Shown piece by piece: positions 7,332 to 12,310 of a stretch of 12,310 nucleotides of DNA (the first letter of the stretch is position 1; each line of letters opens with the position of its first letter). The DNA is from a virus (taxonomy: Duplodnaviria > Heunggongvirae > Uroviricota > Caudoviricetes): the IMG/VR virus record IMGVR_UViG_2913192161_000002, positions 1 to 12,310 of that record; one strand, given 5' to 3'. The position numbers and the translations under genes are program-made. Under the pieces are notes generated by a model. That model made no database searches. It was given only the letters and a program-made list of their open reading frames with translations, and was not told where the DNA came from.

Positions 7332-8257
7332 AGCTCCACCCCGTAAATCCAGTCAGTGTTCGTCAGGTCGAGTTTTGGTTTTCCGGCTGTCACGCCAGCC
7401 TGTTGCTTGTTACGGTTGATTTCGAGTTGGGTCCACTTGTCGCGGAGTTTGGCCGGACTTAGCACGTTACCGGACCAGAAGTTGTCCTGGCATGCCCAGC
7501 GGAACAGCACGCACATGTCGCGGTGGTTACGTCCGTCACGTTCACGCATCAGGCGGATATCGTTAGCCCACCCTGCAAAATTCGGTTTTCTGGCTGATGG
7601 CGCGATGGTCTTCACCATGTCAAACATCCACTCTGCGGCGGTCAGGTCTTCTGCTGTCCCCCACTTGCTGCCGCTCTGAATCGCAGCATCCGGTTTCACC
7701 ACAGGAAGGTCGTTTTCTGGCTGGTCAGAGGATTCGCCAGAATTCTCGGACGAATAAGGTTTTATATTGTCTTTTGTTAGTTTGTCTTTTGTGTTTACCT
7801 GATTCGGGTAAACGTCTTTACCTGATTTGGGTAAACTTTTTTTACCTGATTCAGGTAAATTTACCTCTTTCAGGTAAACTTTATTTTTCTTACCTGATTC
7901 GGGTAATGTTGACCATTCACTGACCACATTATTAATGCCGGTATTCCGCCCGCTCTGAATAAAAATCCCACGCTTTACCAGAACACTTTTTGCAGCAGAA
8001 CACTTGTGCGGCAATATCCCGGTTAACTCGGAAAGTTGCTCGTTGCTCACCCAATCCATTTTTTTATTAAAGCCATATGTTTTGCGCATGACAGCCAGGA
8101 AGACCAGAAGCTGGTGCTGTGTTAATCCAGCCAGCATCACAGCTTCCAGCAACTCATTTGCAATGCGCGTATAACCATCATCGAGATCTGCCACGCGCGG
8201 CTCCTTTTGTGCCGCATCCGGCACTGGAAAATTGAATATCTCAGCAGTGTTTGCCAT
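7328..8257 (-). CDS. O: Replication initiator O (origin-binding protein)
   Basis: From the internal ATG at 8257 (GGGAGGA ribosome-binding site) the product MANTAEIFNFPVPDAAQKEPRVADLDDGYTRIANELLEA... aligns with the lambda O N-terminus (MTNTAKILNF...VADLDDGY...). The coding region contains the iteron array. The ORF-track start at 8347 adds 30 residues with no lambda counterpart. Confidence 0.9.
   Translation of the reverse strand: MANTAEIFNFPVPDAAQKEPRVADLDDGYTRIANELLEAVMLAGLTQHQLLVFLAVMRKTYGFNKKMDWVSNEQLSELTGILPHKCSAAKSVLVKRGIFIQSGRNTGINNVVSEWSTLPESGKKNKVYLKEVNLPESGKKSLPKSGKDVYPNQVNTKDKLTKDNIKPYSSENSGESSDQPENDLPVVKPDAAIQSGSKWGTAEDLTAAEWMFDMVKTIAPSARKPNFAGWANDIRLMRERDGRNHRDMCVLFRWACQDNFWSGNVLSPAKLRDKWTQLEINRNKQQAGVTAGKPKLDLTNTDWIYGVEL
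7755..7906. repeat. Replication origin: five 17-bp iterons (TTACCTGATTCGGGTAA-like) plus an adjacent AT-rich region, embedded in O
   Basis: Iterons at 7795-7811, 7818-7834, 7842-7858, 7861-7877 and 7890-7906, each an internal inverted repeat TTACC...GGTAA. AT-rich tract at about 7755-7794 lies on the side downstream of O transcription, the same layout as lambda ori. Confidence 0.85.
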
Positions 8258-8343
8258 AATTCCTCCCGCAATGAGTGTGTTACGATTTGCACCTGAAAGT
8301 CGGTTCTGTTCCCGCAGACCGACTTTCGCCATTTTTGAACCTG

Positions 8344-8889
8344 TCATATTGCCCCCAGCATGGTGGTGACCATCGCCATCAATGGACCAGCCAGATCCGG
8401 GTCCACTCGAAACATCGACACAATGCCTTCACTCATCTCCTTCAGTTTCTGGTGGCGTGGTGCGTTGAGAATGACAGCCTGTTTTGCCTCACTGAGTTCC
8501 TTTTCCATTTCAGCCAACCTAGCCATAAAGCTATCCTGCTCAACCAGGTAACCGCGATATTCCAGCGGTAGTACCGCCAGAATTGCCGGGGTCAGTTCAC
8601 GCACGTTATTTCGGTATTTTTCAGAATCGAATTTGTTATCGAGGAAGCGGAACAGCTTCTGGCGTGCACGGCTGACATCATCAGGGAAATCGATGGTGCC
8701 GCCGCCCTGCTCCCGATACTCATTCACAATGAGTGCGGCAACAACATCCTGATTATCTGCAGCCGACCAGGCGCGGACGGCATCACGGATTTTTTCGTGG
8801 CCTGGAGCTTGTTTTGTTTGAGAACGATTTATCACCGCAGTCGGGCTAAATCCGCTAGTCTGTTGGTATGTAAGTGGTTGCATAGTCAT
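8344..8889 (-). CDS. CII-like regulatory protein (YdaT-like family)
   Basis: 181 aa ORF in the cII position between cro-like and O. Motifs EYREQGGG and LTPAILAVLP resemble what I recall of Rac YdaT-type CII-like proteins. AAGG ribosome-binding site before the ATG at 8889. Confidence 0.5.
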   Translation of the reverse strand: MTMQPLTYQQTSGFSPTAVINRSQTKQAPGHEKIRDAVRAWSAADNQDVVAALIVNEYREQGGGTIDFPDDVSRARQKLFRFLDNKFDSEKYRNNVRELTPAILAVLPLEYRGYLVEQDSFMARLAEMEKELSEAKQAVILNAPRHQKLKEMSEGIVSMFRVDPDLAGPLMAMVTTMLGAI

Positions 8890-8913
8890 TGCCTTATCAG
8901 TTAACGCCGCAGT

Positions 8914-9141
8914 TTAGGCGGCAGAATTACTCGCGTTAAACAATGGTGCGAGGTCGGGACGAATATCTGCTGGTTTAATCTTTCCACCAGTGGCTGAGAC
9001 AATTTTCATTACATAGCGGGCATCAATTCCGCCACCGTGTAGCCAACGCCAAACAGTGGGTTGGGCTACACCGCATAGATCTGCCAGTCGTTTTTGACTA
9101 CCTGTAATACTGATTGCGAGTTGAATGGTTTGATTTGTCAT
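8914..9141 (-). CDS. cro: Cro-like HTH repressor (YdaS-like family)
   Basis: 75 aa from ATG 9141 (AGGA ribosome-binding site). HTH segment LADLCGVAQPTVWRWLHGG. First gene transcribed divergently from cI, downstream of the predicted PR. Confidence 0.7.
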   Translation of the reverse strand: MTNQTIQLAISITGSQKRLADLCGVAQPTVWRWLHGGGIDARYVMKIVSATGGKIKPADIRPDLAPLFNASNSAA

Positions 9142-9172
9142 TATCAATTCCTATTGGTATTGCAATGAATAA

Positions 9173-9242
9173 ATAATAGCAATGCGTATTAATCATAACA
9201 ATAGCAAAACGTGTTTTGACCATCAATACGCAAGCGTATAAA
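9173..9242. promoter_or_regulatory. OR region: three 16-bp operators (6-4-6 inverted repeats, arms AATAGC/AATACG) overlapping divergent PR and PRM candidates
   Basis: Operators read directly: 9175-9190 AATAGC-AATG-CGTATT, 9200-9215 AATAGC-AAAA-CGTGTT, 9225-9240 AATACG-CAAG-CGTATA, centres 25 bp apart. PR on the minus strand: -35 TTGTTA (9196-9201), 17-bp spacer, -10 TATTAT (9173-9178). PRM candidate on the plus strand: -35 TTGACC (9216-9221), -10 TATAAA (9237-9242), implying a near-leaderless cI mRNA. Confidence 0.6.
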
Positions 9243-9251
9243 TTAAAACTT

Positions 9252-9944
9252 ATGAAAAAAGAAACTCTTGCTGATCGCTTAAACCTAGCGATGGAACAAT
9301 CTGGAATGTCTCAAGGCGCTCTTGCAAAGGCGTCTGGCGTAGCTCAACCCACAATCTGGAGACTGACAAGCGGCAACGCGCGCGGCTCAACAAAAATTGT
9401 TGAAATAGCTAATGCATTGGGTGTTCGAACAGAGTGGCTCTCATCAGGCATAGGCCCGATGAGAAATGACGGTCAACAATTAGGGAAGCCTACTGCCAAC
9501 CATCCCAAATACTTCAAGATTGACGTTCTTGATATAGAAGTGAGTGCCGGGCCGGGAGTCATCAACCGTGAGTTTGTAGAAGTTCTACGCTCGGTTGAGT
9601 ACTCGTTTGACGATGCTCGTCACATGTTCGATGGCAGGAAGGCAGAAAATATCCGCATCATTAACGTACGCGGTGACAGCATGTCAGGAACGATCGAACC
9701 AGGTGATCTTCTGTTCGTTGATATCACTGTTAAATCTTTCGACGGTGATGGTATCTATGCGTTTCTGTATGACGACACCGCCCATGTAAAGCGCCTGCAA
9801 ATGATGAAGGATAAGCTGCTGGTTATCTCTGATAACAAGAGCTACTCACCGTGGGACCCGATCGAGAAAGACGAGATGAACCGCGTGTTCATCTTCGGGA
9901 AAGTCATCGGGAGCATGCCGCAGACATATAGAAAGCATGGGTAG
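9252..9944 (+). CDS. cI: CI-like prophage repressor (N-terminal HTH, C-terminal LexA-like S24 autopeptidase domain)
   Basis: From ATG 9252: HTH segment LAKASGVAQPTIWRLTSGN, an Ala-Gly cleavage-site candidate (SAGPG), and a C-terminal GDSM serine motif with VKRL lysine, as in LexA and lambda cI. The ORF-track TTG start at 9216 is rejected because it lies inside the operators. Confidence 0.9.
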   Translation: MKKETLADRLNLAMEQSGMSQGALAKASGVAQPTIWRLTSGNARGSTKIVEIANALGVRTEWLSSGIGPMRNDGQQLGKPTANHPKYFKIDVLDIEVSAGPGVINREFVEVLRSVEYSFDDARHMFDGRKAENIRIINVRGDSMSGTIEPGDLLFVDITVKSFDGDGIYAFLYDDTAHVKRLQMMKDKLLVISDNKSYSPWDPIEKDEMNRVFIFGKVIGSMPQTYRKHG

Positions 9945-10028
9945 AAATCAGAACAAAATTATGCACTTCGCTTTTCAGCTTACTGTAGTAAGGCAATAAA
10001 TTAGGCTTGACGTTAGCTATCAGGTGCA

Positions 10029-10043
10029 CAACAATAATTGTTG
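10029..10043. promoter_or_regulatory. Palindrome CAACAAT-A-ATTGTTG upstream of the metallopeptidase gene (candidate regulator-binding site)
   Basis: Perfect 7-bp inverted arms around one central base, about 30 nt upstream of the ATG at 10074. A TTGACG -35-like hexamer lies at 10007-10012. No clear -10 assigned. Confidence 0.3.
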
Positions 10044-10073
10044 AATAATAGGTTTTTTTAACTAGGTGATAAC

Positions 10074-11213
10074 ATGGCAGCGGTTGAATTTCAATTGTCT
10101 AGGAAGATGATTGATTGGATAGCAAATTCTCAAGGAGTTTCTATCGAAACTCTTGCTGACCAAGTCATGCCCAAAAAGATTAATAAATTTCTTAACGGAG
10201 TGGTAAGTAAATCCGCAGCAGAAAAACTGGCAAAAATTGGAGGAATCCCTTTCGGTTTTTTATTTCTTGAAACGCCACCAACTCCAGCCAAACCCAAGAT
10301 CCCTGACTTAAGGCAAGCTATAAATAGCCGTGAGTTAGGAAAAGATTTTTTTGATGTTTACTATGATATAGAATATAAACTTGAGTGGTACAAAGACTAT
10401 TTAAGAGAAAATGGTAATGATGATCCACTCGATTTTATTGGTAAATTTAAATTTAATAGAAAATTAAATTATAAGGTTGTTGCTACAGACATAGCAAACA
10501 CAATACATTTTGATATACAAAAAGAGATAAAAAATGTCACTTTTGAGAGCTATTTTTCTAAAGTGGCAAAACTAATAGAAGACACTGGCGTATTAGTTTT
10601 CAAGAATGGTGTTGTGGGTAATAATAATAAAAGAAAACTTGACACGCGAGAGTTTCGTGGTTTCTGTATATCTGATAGCGTTGCTCCGATCATTTTTGTA
10701 AATAGCTCGGACGCGTTATCTGCGCAGGTATTTACATTATTTCATGAGGTGGCTCATCTTTGGCTTGGAGTCGATGGAGTCTCTGGGTGGGACACAGAAA
10801 AAAACATAGAATCTTTTTGTAATAAAGTTGCTGCTGAAATCTTAATGCCTGATAATCTCTTCAAATCTTTCTGGCTTAATGCATCCAGCGATAATAATTA
10901 TTATCGAGTAAAAGAGGTTTCTAAGTTATTTAAGGTTAGTGATTTCGCTTGTGCAATCAAAGCGTTACAATTAGATTTGATAGAAAGAAACACTTTGGAG
11001 ATAATTAAAGATCAAGCTTACAATAAGCCCAAAAAAGAATCTAATGGTGGTTCTTTCTTTAACACATTACCTGTTCGTAACAGTCCAAAACTTACGAATA
11101 TAATAATTTCCAAAGCAATGTCTCAACAATTACCATTAAGGGAAGCAGGCGTACTGCTAAATGTAAAAGCAGATACAGTTGTTGAATTTTATAAAAAACG
11201 AGAATCTCTATGA
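10074..11213 (+). CDS. HTH-domain plus ImmA/IrrE-family zinc metallopeptidase (HEXXH)
   Basis: 379 aa. N-terminal region has an XRE-like HTH pattern (SIETLADQV...KKINKFLNG). Central HEVAH motif in the context FTLFHEVAHLWLG is typical of ImmA/IrrE (Peptidase M78) proteins. AGGTGA ribosome-binding site. Very AT-rich compared with cI. The stop overlaps the next start (ATGA). Confidence 0.75.
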   Translation: MAAVEFQLSRKMIDWIANSQGVSIETLADQVMPKKINKFLNGVVSKSAAEKLAKIGGIPFGFLFLETPPTPAKPKIPDLRQAINSRELGKDFFDVYYDIEYKLEWYKDYLRENGNDDPLDFIGKFKFNRKLNYKVVATDIANTIHFDIQKEIKNVTFESYFSKVAKLIEDTGVLVFKNGVVGNNNKRKLDTREFRGFCISDSVAPIIFVNSSDALSAQVFTLFHEVAHLWLGVDGVSGWDTEKNIESFCNKVAAEILMPDNLFKSFWLNASSDNNYYRVKEVSKLFKVSDFACAIKALQLDLIERNTLEIIKDQAYNKPKKESNGGSFFNTLPVRNSPKLTNIIISKAMSQQLPLREAGVLLNVKADTVVEFYKKRESL

Positions 11214-11722
11214 TTCATAATGGAAAATTCTTAATTGATAGTAATGTCTTCATAGAGGCAAAAAACTTTGCATATAACTTCAATTATTGCAAAATATTTT
11301 GGGATTTTCTTCTCGCTTTACACATGAATGGTCTGATTTATAGCATTAATGCTGTAAAAAAAGAACTATGTGCAAAAGATGATCCATTGTGTAAATGGAT
11401 TAAAGAAGAGTTACCATCATCATTCTTCGAAGATGAGCATAGTTCAATAGAAAATTATGCAAAGTTAATAAATTGGTCAACTAAATTAGATGTTACCGAA
11501 AAGGCAAAGTTTGATTTTGCAAGCCATGAAAAAGCAGATGCTTTTTTAATAGCCCATGCGATGACACATGGATATACTATTATTACCCATGAGAAACCAT
11601 CCGGTGGCAAACCTAAAAAAAGAATAATGATCCCGGATGCTGCTGCTTCTCACGGCGTTAAGACATTAACACTATATGAATTTCTTCCAAGATACGCTAG
11701 TCATAATTTTTCTTTGAAATAA
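11210..11722 (+). CDS. PIN-like nuclease-fold protein (DUF4411-like)
   Basis: 170 aa, translationally coupled to the upstream metallopeptidase gene. The N-terminal FLIDSNVFIEA matches the first PIN beta-strand with its conserved Asp, and further acidic residues follow. From memory, DUF4411 proteins typically pair with HTH/ImmA-type partners. Confidence 0.6.
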   Translation: MIHNGKFLIDSNVFIEAKNFAYNFNYCKIFWDFLLALHMNGLIYSINAVKKELCAKDDPLCKWIKEELPSSFFEDEHSSIENYAKLINWSTKLDVTEKAKFDFASHEKADAFLIAHAMTHGYTIITHEKPSGGKPKKRIMIPDAAASHGVKTLTLYEFLPRYASHNFSLK

Positions 11723-11727
11723 AACGT

Positions 11728-11755
11728 CCCGGCCACCGTGCCGGGTTTTCTTTTG
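11728..11755 (+). terminator. Rho-independent terminator after the metallopeptidase/PIN pair
   Basis: CCCGGC(caccgt)GCCGGG hairpin followed by TTTTCTTTTG, 6 nt after the stop at 11722. Confidence 0.7.
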
Positions 11756-11883
11756 TCCCCTCCCCTCATCACACAAACCGTTCGAAAAACCACCACAACC
11801 TCCCTTCAGTTATCGCTATGCGATGCAAGTCACAAAATTAATTCTTTTTGCTATCAAACAGTTAATATCAAAACACATCAATC

Positions 11884-11926
11884 AATAGCAATAAGTATTG
11901 ATACCACCAATAGCAATAGCTATTAT
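11884..11926 (+). promoter_or_regulatory. PL/OL-like early promoter with two operators of the same 6-4-6 type as OR
   Basis: -35 TTGATA (11898-11903), 17-bp spacer, -10 TATTAT (11921-11926). Operators AATAGC-AATA-GCTATT (11909-11924) and AATAGC-AATA-AGTATT (11884-11899), centres 25 bp apart. The operator/-10 overlap mirrors PR. Confidence 0.55.
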
Positions 11927-12119
11927 TACCATGTCGCAACAACACAACGATACGGCAACCACCTGATTCACCGTTGCGATGACCGCTTAGATCCGCAGCT
12001 TGAATTTCGGCAGGCTCCGGGGAGTGCGAGGGGTGAAACGGACGCGTGAACGTCGGTGTGACCAGCTGAAATCAACTCAACACCTCATACCTCAGTCGCT
12101 TCAACGAGGCGGCTTAGTT

Positions 12120-12310
12120 ATGACAACCGGCGGCCATCCACCGCCTGAATACGCGCAGAAGTCTCTATATGTTCAGCAGCCCAGCTTACGGGCAGGAGTT
12201 TTTATGGTTCATCAACATTACGGAACGCAGACCGTTAATCGCGGCGCGGTCATGCCAGGAATGCTGGTCAAACACAAAGATGGTACCTGTGTAAATAGAC
12301 CCGTTTTAGT
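12120..12310 (+). CDS. Hypothetical protein, 5' partial (first 63 codons); first ORF downstream of PL, in the N position but not N-like
   Basis: ATG at 12120 directly follows an in-frame TAG, with GAGG about 11 nt upstream. The frame stays open to the window end (MTTGGHPPPEYAQKSLYVQQPSLRAG...). Codon usage looks enterobacterial. No arginine-rich motif. Not in the ORF track because no stop is reached. Confidence 0.3.
   Translation, partial: MTTGGHPPPEYAQKSLYVQQPSLRAGVFMVHQHYGTQTVNRGAVMPGMLVKHKDGTCVNRPVL

Noticed and set aside
7795-7906. Regularly spaced direct repeats that could be mistaken for a CRISPR array
   Set aside because: Repeats are 17 bp with 2-6 bp spacers, lie inside the O coding sequence next to an AT-rich tract, and match the lambdoid ori iteron layout.
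8258-8347. Upstream ATG at 8347 as the O start (339 aa)
   Set aside because: Alignment with the lambda O N-terminus begins at the internal Met (8257), which has a strong ribosome-binding site; the extra 30 residues have no counterpart.
6592-8571. Plus-strand ORFs 6592-6873, 7090-7419, 7356-7679, 7597-7923, 8275-8571, 8360-8551 and minus-strand 6776-7015
   Set aside because: Antisense or alternative-frame ORFs inside the P, O and CII-like genes. The 7597-7923 product is just the iterons translated.
9216-9251. TTG start at 9216 for cI (242 aa)
   Set aside because: The extension lies within the operator/promoter region; ATG 9252 fits a PRM-like near-leaderless start as in lambda cI.
9595-9789. 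64 aa plus-strand ORF nested in cI
   Set aside because: Alternative frame inside the well-supported cI gene.
11738-12049. 103 aa plus-strand ORF
   Set aside because: Starts inside the terminator hairpin and runs across the OL/PL operators and promoter; no ribosome-binding site and a low-complexity product.
1-12310. Integrase, att sites, IS elements, transposases, rRNA or canonical tRNA genes
   Set aside because: None found on either strand. The window is internal to the prophage and shows no terminal inverted repeats or transposase-like ORFs.

Overview
This window reads as the immunity, replication, nin and late-control region of a lambdoid (lambda/DLP12-like) enterobacterial prophage, with the phage rightward operon on the minus strand. 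Reading high to low coordinates: a PL/OL-like promoter-operator, a cI-like repressor (+), a three-operator OR region, then on the minus strand cro-like, a long CII/YdaT-like gene, O with the iteron origin inside it, P, ren, a tR2-like terminator, a Bro-N-like gene, ybcN/NinB, ninE, ybcO, rusA, a ylcG-like small ORF, Q, a candidate late promoter and terminator, holin, and the first codons of the endolysin. Three AT-rich accessory insertions interrupt this backbone: (1) a translationally coupled three-gene plus-strand cassette (289 aa, 89 aa and 140 aa, the last two membrane proteins) between Q and the late promoter; (2) a lone cysteine-rich 240 aa gene in the nin region; (3) an HTH/HEXXH metallopeptidase plus PIN-like pair in the slot lambda uses for rexAB. 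Insertions 1 and 3 are the best candidates for an undescribed defence or exclusion system. All homology calls are from memory of protein families and from direct reading of the sequence; no database search was run.
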